Assembly (NCBI GenBank): GCA_000320545.1
Contig: ADNK01002694.1
Span: 1-57,061 of the forward strand
DNA length: 57,061 nt
Direction of reading: 5' to 3'
Origin: Bigelowiella natans CCMP2755
Lineage: Eukaryota > Protista > Cercozoa
A model generated the notes under the pieces. That model had not been told where the DNA came from and searched no databases. It saw only the letters and a program-made list of their open reading frames with translations. The translations under genes were made by a program, and so were the position numbers. Positions 30,547 to 41,954 of this stretch are shown here, piece after piece; within the stretch, counting starts at the first letter, position 1; each line of letters begins with the position of its first letter.

Positions 30547-31680
30547 AGAGAGGAGTGACGAATCAATATATAAACACGCACACACTGTGTTTGAGAAAAC
30601 TGACGACAGATTAGCTTACGATAATTCGCATCGTCCAGTGTAGCTCGATGATGTACACGTTAGCTCCAGCCTGTCAAAATGATATGTGTGTACGTTCATC
30701 TGATGGGGATGCTAATGATCGTAGAAAGAAAGAAAAAAGGATAAGTAATGTTGGGTGGATCTTACAATAAATGCCCAGCATATCCTGAAAAGGGCCCAGT
30801 AACTATATGAAAGATGCAATAGGCGAGAGAATAAGTGAGAATGTTTTAAAAAAAACATTTCCATAAATCTAGGACTATTTCAATAATTCCAGTAAACCTC
30901 TTCGTAAGAGCCTCGCTCGAAAGGTAACTTCCATTGTTGCCTTCCGCTACTCGAGATCCCAGGAAGAGTCCCAGAATCTACGTTTCATGAATACCTCAGT
31001 GATATCCCCTCGAAAGGGGCGCATAAATCACATATATTTTCAAATGCGGTAAAGGTCTGGTTTTGTGTGTCTCTGTGTGTGTTTCATCAGCAGAAAAAGT
31101 CGCTATTTCAGTGGGAAGAAACCGCTATGGTAGCGCCGACGAGTTGCGCCTTCTTCACAACACTCCTTGTCGAAGACACCTGTCACATATGGTTAGATAT
31201 TGAAGTCAAACTAAAAATGCGTAGCAAACGGTGAAGTAGTGTACCCTTTTCTTCTTTGGATCTATAACATTTGGCGTCGACGAGTGTATTGTGAGAACTG
31301 TAGCAGCGCAAGAAAGTAAGGAAAATTAGTCACAACAATAACCCTTCTGGGACAAGGCTGCATAAATTCAGGAAGTACAAACGCAGGAGCGATTCATTTC
31401 ATGGCTTTTGGCAACATGAAAGCTGTTACGTGCTAGGCCGAATCCAGTGATGCAGGCTCCCAAGAGGAGCGCTGTGTTCGGAAATCCTAGAATATGAGGC
31501 TAGGAGCGGAGGGGATGGGGGGGAAATTGGAGGGGCGAGGGGGGAATTGCGGAGGGAGAGGCGTTAGCGCAGTACTTCAAAACAACAACCTATCATCATC
31601 AACTTATACCATGCTTTAGAAACTTTGGTCTCGCCCCGCACCCCTGGAGCTTATGGGCAAACGAGAAGGTATCTAACGAT
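29100..31680 (-). CDS. Probable multi-exon gene of unknown function
   Basis: Splice-bounded minus-strand segments: GFPNTALLLGACITGFGLAR (~31380-31486), YWALFRICWAFI (~30766-30803), AGANVYIIELHWTMRII (~30619-30670), EIFMLTVLVTIDSASE (~30417-30479) and a longer one at ~29290-29616. A full in-frame model was not established. Confidence 0.35.
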
Positions 31681-32212
31681 GATATATATGAAGTTTAAGA
31701 AATGGTTTGTGGGCAGAGAAGGAGCATCTAGTAGGCCATTCATTCCCCCCACCTGGTTGCTGTGTCTGGGAGTGTTGTCTATTTCGGGAGCTGATGACCT
31801 ATTCTGTAGAATACATCTCTACGAAGTATACCCGATATTAAAAAAAAAATAATCACCTCTTCTCCTCAGAATGCCAGATTTATGTTGGTCCATCGGAATT
31901 GACAAAGAACACTATTTCGTAAATTAACAGGAATTTCCCAAATATTTTGGTCTAAAGACTTATGGCTGGCCATGGCGTTGAGATGTCGCCTTGGATGTTA
32001 TATTAAACACTGTAACCGACTCGGTCCTGTTTTTCCTCAATGACAACCTAATATACATGTCGCAGGGTACAAATACAAACGACTTTCCGAGACTCATAAA
32101 TACAAATTATTGCAAAATTACAATTGCGAATATAGTCTACGACAATATCATTTTGTTGTCGCGAATTTAAATAATATTCCTCTTCATTCTTTCAAGAACC
32201 GAGGCACTAACC

Positions 32213-33415
32213 ATGGCTTCCTGTGCCGATGCCATGGAGGTTGAAATCCCTCCGTATGCCGATCTTGGGGACTTTGTGAAGGATTTGGAAAAGGTGCGTA
32301 GCGGAAGTCAGAGAGTATGGTAGAGAGAGAAGGGGGGGAGGGGGAATGGGGAAGGTGGATTAATTCGAGGATCCAACCTTAGGACACTCGCAAGGCGCTG
32401 GAAGGGGGGGACGAGGAGCTCACAAAGAGGGTGATAGAGCAATGGAATCAAATAGCGGAGAGCGAATATGATGTCAAGGTCCGTCTTTTATTTTTCTATT
32501 CTTCTTGCTAATCTTGTGTGCGTGAGTTATCTAATATTTTCAGTTAGCAAATGAACAGATTGACGAGATGGAGGATTGCAAAAAAGACGTAAATCGGCAT
32601 TACATTAAGAACGCTGCTCCAAATCTTGTCAAGTTCCTCCTCGAAAATATGATGAAGCAGGTATCTGCGTTTTCCGAGTTTGAGTAATGCTGATCCATTG
32701 TATGTTACCTAAATTTCATTGAGTGAACCGCTAAATATCTCAGAATGAGGTGCCTAAAGCTAACGATGAAGCAGCGTCGTTGAGCGTCGCTGAGGCGGCA
32801 GAGATTTGTTTGCATGAAGTAGGGATATGTTTGGAGGAGGATGTTATTCCACATGTGTGGCCATTCATCCGAAGCAACATTCGCAGTACCAACTGGAGGC
32901 GCTCTTGTGCTGCCGTAGTTGCCCTAGGTAGTAGTCCCGATATTCCAAGAAGAATAAAAGACTTTCACCACCTGAGAAGCAATAGTGCATATTTCGGTCC
33001 ACCTTCAACGCAAAGACTAGTAGAATTATGATTGGCTTGAGATTGTTTGGATGATAGAAGACTGGTGATGTTCCGTTTCGTTAGCCTCCCTCCTTCCCAT
33101 TCTCAATGATTATTAATATGAATCCTCCCGGGGATAGGAGCTACTCTGGAATTCACGAAATCGAACACCTTGTGCGAGGACTTGGGGGAGCTTTTCCAGT
33201 CAGTTGTCGGCCTTATTGAGAGTAACCACGCTACTATCGTAAAGGAATCTTCTTTATTTTGCCTTGGAAAGTTTTGCCAGAGGCGTCTAGATGTTGTCAA
33301 GACGGGCAAGAACTTCCCCAAGCTTATGACCTCCATTCAAAGAAGTTTTAGTGAGGATGCAAAGTCAAAGGCCCAAGGGATTTCGGTCCGTTTGTCGTGG
33401 TGTAGTACGTCTCAG

Positions 33416-33452
<37 letters not shown>

Positions 33453-33581
33453 GGGTGTTCAAGCGTATGGCACTACAGTTCCATTCGTTTATGATACGTC
33501 ACTAATTCAGGCTTTGCATAACATATTAAAAAAACACATGCAATAATATAACATATATCCACATATCTACATCTATGTGCA

Positions 33582-33617
<36 letters not shown>

Positions 33618-33681
33618 ATGTGTTATGTTCCTCAAAGTTATTCTATGGGAAAACACATAGTCGTTTTGACTGGTGAACCAC

Positions 33682-33737
<56 letters not shown>

Positions 33738-36378
33738 TGTGTGTGTAGTTGTCGGCGGGGAGTATATGCACAAGCACTATATAAAATTCTCGAAGGAGAG
33801 TTATACACGCTCTCTGACGTTGCTATCAATCCTTACAGGCGATTCAGAACCTTGTAGAGAGCACTCTTGAATTTTCTATTCTTTTGCCTCATCTTCCCTG
33901 GCTCATCGACGGGCTGATCAAGGCCGTTTCCACGTGATAACCACATACTCATTTTCGCCATATTTATCATCTTATTGAGCATCCCTCCCAAGTCGCAGAA
34001 AGTATATCTATTTGCATACTGACTTGTGTGTGCAATACTGGACGCTCCTGCAAAGTCACACATAGCTCCCCCCCCCCCCCCACCTCCCCCTCTCTTTTCC
34101 CTGTTGATCACGGCTTCTCAGATCCAACAAAGAAGTAAGCGGCGGAGCTTCTGAGGCCCTTGGCGCGCTGCTCGGTAAAGTCCCGCCTTCAAGGCATCTT
34201 CTCCTCGAAACGACCGTTCGAGAGCTCAGAAAGCGACTGCAGGCCGCGGTGGAACGTGGATGTGAGCGAGGGCTTTCGAAGGAGCAAGAGAGGGATATCA
34301 ATTGTAGTCAAGAAAATCTGACCGCGGCGCTCGCTGGAGCTCTCGTCCGGCTAGGAGCTCAGGTGCCAGAGGTCTGGGATTGCTTCATCGTTTTGAAGGA
34401 CGTCATAAAGCGTGGAATGCCCGGTGCACATAGCGATGCCATCATCGCCATCGGCAGTATAGTAACAGGTGAGAAGAAGATGAGAGAATCCAGTCGCACG
34501 CTGTTCGCTCTATGCGGCAGATTAGAGAGTAGCATTATTTTACTACTAGTTTTATGAATTTACTTCTTTCGGGTACTGAAAACGCCGAATATGTTTGGTA
34601 ACGCGAGTGAGGACCTTGCGGAACACATTTTATCAATGTTTTCCCCAAGAGTCGAACCCAATCATTTCCACACACTCGTGAATATATGATGACGAAATGC
34701 AGTGCTTGGTAGGAAGAGGGAGATGAGATTGAAGGGAAAGAGACTCCGAGACGGCCAAAATTAAGAATGGGCCTTTGGGATGGGGGAAATGTGCGACAAT
34801 TGGGCGACACTCTAATTTGATTTTTAAGTTTTTCGCCTATGGCAACAACACAACACAACAACAACAACAACAACAACAGATAAATTCAACGGCATCGACC
34901 TCAACAAGGACCCAAAACATCGGAAACACATGGCCGAGCTGCACTCAGTGCTAATGAATTGCCTCCAGGCCGTAGATGAATCCGTATTCAGCATGTGCTT
35001 GACTTTGATATCGGACATCGCGCAGAGCTTCCCCTCCCTGATGGCCGAAAGGCTTGATGAATACATGAATCTGCTGGATCTTGCCTACTGGACAAAGGCT
35101 GCTGCAGAGGGCTCCTCGCAGGTGCAGGTGATGACCTGCATCGGTGATGTTGCCTTGGAGGGCCGAATGGAAAAGCACGTGGGAAAGATAATAAAGATCA
35201 TGGACAATGCGCTTCTGTTGGCCTCAAAGAGCCAGGTAAAAGTACAGCTTATTCTCTTCTGAGGAGCTGCATCATACAACCTTAAACATTAGAAGGCTGA
35301 GGAATGTGGAGGGAAATAATAGACTAATTGAGCGCTCTGTTTCAATGTCTTCTCAACCCCGCTTTCGTCTCCCTCCCTTGTTCCAAAGACGGTGTGTTCT
35401 CCTCAGTCTCCTCAAAATGGCGAAGGAAAAAACGATGATGAGTCCGAAATCACCCTGAGCCTAATTGAGGCAATTTGTGACATGTGGACGGGACTTTTCC
35501 AGGGGTTGCGGGGAGAAGATAAGGGTATGCAGATGGTACAGAAGTAATCATCACTTTACGCTCATTTCTTTTGGCCGTTCGTAGCTCTAACGTCGTTTTT
35601 CCGCATGAAATTGTCATGATTACGACAAGCTCAACAGCATTCACATCGATAACGTTTTAGACCATCGAGAGTTGGAGAAATTGATAAATTGCAACAGCAA
35701 ACACTACTACATAATTCATCCGTGTGTGTTGTGATTGGCGATCAGAGTTACCATTGATGAAATACGTGGGGAAGCTAGCAGCTTTGATGAATGTAATGGC
35801 GGCCATGTTAGACCATGACAGTTGCGAAAGGGCGACCGTAATGACTTGCGGCATTATTGGGTATTTTTTCAAAGTATAATACCAAAAGATCATTATATTT
35901 TCTAATAATAGAGCTTAACTTAATAGACGTACATTTTTGCATTATCGTCAGAAATATTGCGTGACACGTCAGTATCTTGTATTTTTATTCTAAAATAACC
36001 GTCATGCTCTCGTTCTCTTCCCTCCTAGCACTGAGTCACCATTTTAACTACGGTTCCTAACAACTTGTTTTTCAATTTTCTCGCATCAATTATTGTGTAA
36101 TAAGTGATATGGCTCCGTACGGGGTGAAATGCATGGAAGTGAAGAAACTGATTCTCGAAAATCCGAATGTGAAGAAGATTGTAGCTGCGGGTCTCAAGCA
36201 AAAAATTCACAATTCGGATTGCGACGCTAAGTCGGTAACATATGCCAAAACTGCTGTGGAGAATCTTCAGCGCAAAGTAGAAGGATCAGTTGCAGATGAA
36301 CAAACACAAACTGGCCCTAAGACGGCATCGACGTTGACGCACCCAGTGCCAAACTCGCCTTCTATGCCGCCGATCTAG
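32213..36378 (+). CDS. Divergent importin-beta-1-like HEAT-repeat protein, multi-exon
   Basis: VIEQWNQIAESE, YIKNAAPNLVKFLLENMMKQ, AAEICLHEVGICLEEDVIPHVWPFIRSNIRSTNWRRSCAAVVALG-ATLE, VKESSLFCLGK, HSDAIIAIGSI, VMTCIGDVAL. These follow the order of importin-beta-1 segments from about HEAT 7 onward. Upstream exons unresolved. Confidence 0.8.
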
Positions 36379-37149
36379 AAATCGAGTAGTTGTGGAAGTG
36401 TCAAATTTCAAAGAAAAATCGATGCCTTGCGGACTCACAGGGCGCGATGCAGGCAATTACTAGATGATTTGATCACTTTTCCCCCATGCATTGCATCGTC
36501 ACTGTGTCACTGTGCTCTGTGCTCTGTGCTCTGTCTAGCTGTGCTCATGTCACATGCGTCGCGCACGCAAGGGATCGAGCTGTGTAGCAAACAGTCGGGC
36601 TTTGACACAAAAGACAACCGGGTCAGCAAACAATGGGCGTTCATGCGATACACGCCATGTCTGCAGCTTCGTGTTCCATGCACGCGTCATTGCTAGATTG
36701 CTTGCAATGTCCATGCTAGCATGGCTAGATGGTGCTTGGCGCGCTGTTCATTGTCCGATCGACAGCAATGATGTGCGATGCAACCAGGATCGACTACTAG
36801 ACTAGAGGAGGGCACGCACATGCACATCGCTAGATCGTCTAGATCGTGCATGCCGATCACGGACACACGGAAGCCACACAATCCACAGCACCAGAGCATG
36901 CATGCTCACATGCGCGGGCTCAAGTCTAGAAGTCGTGTAGCACGGCTTGCAAGACGGCAAGATTGCATCATCGGAAGTGCCAACTGGTCCACTCTGGCAC
37001 TGCTGCTTCGATCCCCAAAATTGAAGGAGACCATCAGCAAATCGAAGGATTTGTTTCACATCCACCGGCTGTGGCACTTGCTAGCGTGGACTCACCATTG
37101 TCACTTGCACATCACACACTCTTCATTCACCAGCCACCTTCCCATTTCT

Positions 37150-37459
37150 CTCCGCCTCTTCCGCCTCTTTCTAGCAGAGCGCGTCTTTCGTTGAACCTCG
37201 GTGTCATTGCGAAAAAGTCCCACGACATCGCTGTGACCCCTAGACCCTCTTTTGAAGCCCAGCTAGCCAGTCCAACGCGGTTTTGCAGTCGTTGTTCTTG
37301 GCCTCGATGTTTGCCTTCGTGCCAACCAGGCACTGGACAATCTCCAAATGACCCCCTTGAGCGCCCAATGACAACGGTGCACGACCGAAATTGTCCTCAA
37401 CCTCAGACCTGTCTAGCTGTGCAAACCTCGATGTTTGCCTGTCCCCTCTCCATCAAACG
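37150..37459 (-). pseudogene. Ankyrin-repeat pseudogene fragment disrupted by small insertions
   Basis: Minus strand reads RLMERGQANIEV / EDNFGRAPLSLGAQGGHLEIVQCLVGTKANIEAKNNDCKTALDW / ASKEG / HSDVVGLF, i.e. canonical ankyrin repeats; slashes mark frameshifting insertions. Confidence 0.85.
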
Positions 37460-37521
37460 GAGAAACCGGGAGTACTCGAGAGTACCCGGTGGAGAGTACC
37501 CGCTTGCACCGGGCACTCACA
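37460..37521 (+). repeat. Left TIR of the MULE
   Basis: Matches the reverse complement of 41904-41954 apart from a 14-bp internal insertion duplicating GAGAGTACCCG, a small terminal indel, TATA->TGCA and TATA->CACA. Confidence 0.85.
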
Positions 37522-37951
37522 AAACGACCTCAAAATCCGAGTTTGATAGCGAAGTACTGGAACTTCGTGTCAATTTGTCCGTAACGTTGATGAAAATGGA
37601 ATGTGCACATCAACAACGCAAACGTGATCCTCCCAAGTGCGGAATGCGTAGCATCACATGCCAGCATTAGCACAAGCACATTTGCATCCATTTCCACTCA
37701 TTGCCATCACGTGCTGTGCTGCTGACATCTGCGTCAGCATGGTGTGTTTGTGTGTGACTGGGTGTGGCGCGCATGCCGCTCTCGCACGCACCAGCGCACA
37801 CACAGGTCTAGCAGATCGAAGTGCGTCTAGACGTGCTACGTGTGTGCATTCATCTGTGTCAGCGGTGTGGCCGCGCCACCCACGATTGAGGAGCTGTCGC
37901 AGCATGCGCACGCCCACTCGTGCTGCACGCTGCGCTGCGCACATGCGCATG

Positions 37952-38134
37952 GAAGTTCTCAGAACTTCGGGAATCTTCGAGAAGCTTCGAGAATCTTCCA
38001 GAAGCTTCGAGAACATTCCGGAAGATTCGAGAATCTTCCAGAATCTTCGAGAGCATTCCGGAAGCTTCGAGAATCTTCCAGAAACACTCGAGAGAATTCG
38101 AGAGAATTCTGGAAGATTCGAGAATCTTCGCGAA
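37952..38134. repeat. 10-bp-period GAAnnTTCnn minisatellite (heat-shock-element-like array)
   Basis: Eleven in-phase units at 37971-38080 (GAATCTTCGA, GAAGCTTCGA, GAATCTTCCA, GAACATTCCG...) plus degenerate flanking units. Confidence 0.9.
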
Positions 38135-38508
38135 TGCGCCGGAACCCAATGCGCACATGCATGCTGCGCAAGTCACAACTCATCATCAGAATTCAAACGC
38201 ACACAGGACCGCGTGTTGACACTTGCTACATCAACAGCACAGTCCCGCGCACAAAAGCTAAGCAGCTACCGCAAGCCCGCTAAAAATCTGTTACAGTCCG
38301 TGCAAATGCAACGTGTCCTTTTGTCAGACTTGCTGTCTGTTCAAATTTCATCTGTCCTGTGACTGTGCGTGCGCATGTGTGCATCGCATCATCGTGCGTT
38401 GGTGTGTGACCCAAGCGCTGCTAGCGCTGTGGCCGCTGCTAGCGCTGCTTTGCATGGCTAGATGGCCAGATAGCTACGTTTAGATGACCATTGAAAAAAT
38501 TGACATGT

Positions 38509-38885
38509 TCATTTGAGCATTACTCCTGTTGCATGCGCATCACTGATGCTTGTTAATGTTGAACCCGCAGAACCAATGAACATTGAGGAATTAAACCACT
38601 GAATAAAAGTCCTCTCATTGGCAAAAAAAGTTTTAGGTTCAATTCTAACTTGAGAAGCAATCATGGGATGATTACATCCATGATGTTCGCAATCAATCTA
38701 AGGATTTAGAGCATGAAATTGTGTACCGAGAGTTTCAAAAATTCTGATATTACTGTTAATAATTTCCTGAGAGACGTCAGGATTTGCGTTTAAAATATTC
38801 TCATCATTTGTTTGTCCTTCCTGTTCTTTAATTAATGCTTGATATTTTTTATACTCAGAACCTATGACACCATCATTGCATCCAT
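38509..38885 (-). pseudogene. AT-rich fragment of a VTC (vacuolar transporter chaperone, DUF202 domain) gene inside the MULE
   Basis: Minus strand 38649-38593 reads VRIEPKTFFANERTFIQWF, followed by NSSMFIGSAGSTLTSI. This matches the VTC1/2/3/4 EPKxFFANERTF motif. In-frame TAG upstream and premature TGA at 38509-38511. Confidence 0.82.
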
Positions 38886-38929
38886 CTCATGATTGTGTCT
38901 GCAATGCAGCTAGCTAGCAGGCAATGCAA

Positions 38930-41739
38930 TCAATCCGTCAACAAAACATCAAGACTGGCTGCTTCAGCGGCATTTTCAAAGTGTTTCGGACATTTCCGTG
39001 AACGCTTGGTGTGACCCGAAATCCCACATGCACTGTACTGCCTGTTCCTTTTCTTCACATTCATGCACATGCTGCTCTTGTAGCGACCTGGTTTGCGGCC
39101 AGATCGTTGCACCGTCCGTGGAACGGACACGTTCTGAGCTGGCTGCGATAGAGAGGCAAGCACCGTGTCTCCATCATCTTCCCTTTTTTTCTCTTTCCTC
39201 TCCGCTGCCAAGGATAGCAAAGTATTCGAAGTCAACCTCAAGGCCGACAACTGCACACCGGAGGAATCCATCCCAGACAAAGTGTCACGAACTCCATCCG
39301 CCAACGCATCAACGACGGTGTACAGGGTCATCGTTTTCGCCGCATACGCGCATATGTTGTCAAACTTGGCTCTCAGGTTGAGATATCTCTTTCTGGGGTC
39401 GATGCCGTCTGCAACACCACCATCCAAATCCCCAACCAAAAGCTCCCTGTCATGGTCCTCCTCATGGTCCTCATTCTCATCGACGTCGATGTCGACATCG
39501 CTGTCATCTTTAGAATCGATATTGGATTCGACATTGGATTCGACATTGGATTCGACATCTGACGTCAATTCTGAATAATTCCTCTCAACAGGCAGGGCAA
39601 ATGTTCGCTTCCACCTGTCAGCGAGCATCTTGTCGGAATAATTCAATTGGTTTTCATGGTCCAACACTTTCAGAATGTGCCTGCAGACGATACGATATGC
39701 AGTGTCTTCGTGACAAGAGCACTGCCACCCGGGATCATATCCATCCAAGGCCACGTTGCAGACGGTTACTGTTCTCTCGACCGGTTTTTCCCCATCACCA
39801 AGGTCTGTGCGATGACGCACCACGTAGCCATCAAACTTCTTTTCGACGTTGTATTCGACCTGGTAATTGCCTATCACACCAAACTGGGTCTTCAAACGTT
39901 CGACGGCCCAGTTCGAGTTTAGCCTGGCAGCTTCCTTCAAAAACACATTCTTACCAAGCCTCAGTTTCTTTTGGAGGATGTTCGTGGCGTTTTCATCTGC
40001 CTCCCTTTGTTCCTTGGCTCGCATGGAGCGATTGTGTCTTATGGTTGCAAAAAAATATTGCACAAGCGACAGCGTGCCATCATCTGTGAACAGATTGTAA
40101 GAGTCTATGGAGTTGTTCATCGACTCTGCTGCTGAGCTGTCATAGAATCCTAGGTTTATGTTCTTGTCGCGTTGATACTTGACGAACTCGGCGTCCCGTT
40201 GTTCCACGTATTCTTTGACCATGTTGACCTCGGCAGGAAAGTTCTCTTTGAAAGCATCCCACTTGCGCTTAAACTGAGCTTCAGATGAGGCATACAATAT
40301 TTTTTTTATCTCTCTGACGGCAGCGGTGCGGTAACGGCGGCCAGCGAGACGTTTACTGATATTTTGCCTCTTGTGCCTCAAACAGCGCTGGACCTTGGCA
40401 TCCTCAATTATTTCTGCCACCTTGTCTCCACTCACTCTGTCGTCCATTACGAAGGTGGGTTTCGGCAACATCCACGACCTTCTCTCGATGCCCATGATCG
40501 ATTGGATTTGCTTCAATATTTCTTGCATTGATTCTGTGGTGTCACCCACTGCCAAGGAATAAGCGATCGGCAACACCATCTTCTCTTCACTTATCACAGA
40601 TGGTATGAAGATGGAGAGATCATAGGCGACCCTCCCAGCCGCCCCGCCAAACATGACAACGTCAGCGAGCTTCCAAGCTCTTCGTATGTTGTCGCTGAAC
40701 ATCCATGTCACTCGCATCATCGTTCCGTCATCGTTCGTTGAAAATCTGAAAGAGACAGACGACACTGTCAGTATCACAAGTCAAATGATCATCATCTTTG
40801 TGTCCATTACCTGTACTTCACAACTCCTCGTTTCTGGTATCTGTGCAGCGCTTCTATCAACGCTTTCCCACCATCGCTATTGTATGCTATGTGAGCTAGT
40901 TCGCGCAGCAGTTCTTGCTCACGGGCCCGTGTCAGGCAAAGAGATTAAATCTTTGGGATCTGCGCTCTTTATCCGTTTATCCACCACAGCTTTTTTCACC
41001 CTTATGATCAAGTTGCGAATCTTCTCAGCTGATGTTCCCACCACCTTGTCATACCCGTTTCGAATGATCCAAGCACGGATTTGCCGGTATTTGAGATTAA
41101 ATTGAAGAAGGTCTGCCAACTTTTGCAACATAGGGGCCGATATTTTTTGGCCTCTCCTCTGGTCTATAATCCTTTTTCTTGCCTCGCTGCCCGCGTTGCA
41201 CCGCACCGTGTGCTGGAGAAAGCTTGAGTTCACCTTCTGCACACCCTCCTCAATTTCTGGGGAACACACCATCACACCACACATGATCAACAACATCACC
41301 AAAAACGTAGCTCTGACACTAAGCTAATCGGATGCAGACATGGAAATCTGGTACGGGAATCGAACCCGTGCCTCCGTTTGCTACACACACACACACACAC
41401 ACACACACCTTTAATTCTGATTTTGAACTTACATCCGCACTTTAGCGATGTTCGATTTCTTTTCTGATTTGTTTTTCTTTTCCTGTTGTCCTTTTTTTTC
41501 TTTCCGAAACTGACGCACGTGAAAACGCTAAGTTGATCCTTTGGAGATCCATTTTGATATACTCTAAAGCCAGTTTCAGCTGCAAGGTCAGTAACCTTCT
41601 CTATCAACTCTTTTCTCGAGCAATATATTTTATTTCCGGCCTTGAATTCGTGCCATTTGTCCCCGTGCTCCCGCGTCCAATCATCATCCATAACATGAGC
41701 CATAACATCCTCTTCTGAGTCCTCCTGATCACTTGCCAT
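38930..41739 (-). CDS. MULE transposase (FAR1-like DNA-binding domain, DDE domain, SWIM finger), several exons, probably catalytically dead
   Basis: FTC...RTSLKCGCKFKIRIK; DVVMFGGA (first Asp position is Gly), FVMDD, RCLRH, SSAAESMN; SWIM CSC...IVCRH; degenerate knuckle YSACGISGHTKRSRKC. Confidence 0.9.
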
Positions 41740-41903
41740 GGTCACAAAGGCGAAATTGATAAGGAATTGAAAGCTCCGTTCCGTGCACTAAAATGTGATT
41801 TGGTGGAGGTCTAGAGGAGAGGTGAGAGGCGGGGGAGAGCGAGATGGGCAAGGGGATGGATGAGGGGCTCGAATGGATACATGTGCATGTATTTGAATCC
41901 GCT

Positions 41904-41954
41904 TATAAGTGCCCGGTATAAGCGGGTACTCTCGAGTACTCCCGGTTTTCATCT
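41904..41954 (-). repeat. Right TIR of the MULE
   Basis: TATAAGTGCCCGGTATAAGCGGGTACTCTCGAGTACTCCCGGTTT is the inverse of the left TIR. Confidence 0.85.

Larger units (their letters stand above)
36420..38500. other. TpA-depleted, CTAG-scar-rich island downstream of the importin-beta-like gene, extending into the left end of the MULE
   Basis: 36941-37472 contains only five TA, all within CTAG. Ten perfect 4-bp-duplication scars in 36531-37420 and one at 38454. Confidence 0.9.
37460..41954 (-). mobile_element. Mutator-like (MULE) DNA transposon, ~4.5 kb, with terminal inverted repeats
   Basis: TIR core AAACCGGGAGTACTCGAGAGTACCCG at 37463-37488 and its reverse complement ending at 41948; encloses a FAR1/MULE/SWIM transposase. 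No target-site duplication found, so the exact ends are uncertain. Confidence 0.85.

Noticed and set aside
37952-38134. CRISPR array or coding repeat (ORFs 37658-38362, 37840-38283)
   Set aside because: 10-bp tandem units with no unique spacers and no cas genes. The ORFs are open only because TA-containing stops are missing.
41355-41372. tRNA/SINE-like B-box (GGGTTCGATTCCC on the minus strand)
   Set aside because: No cloverleaf or matching acceptor stem around it; lies within the transposase gene.
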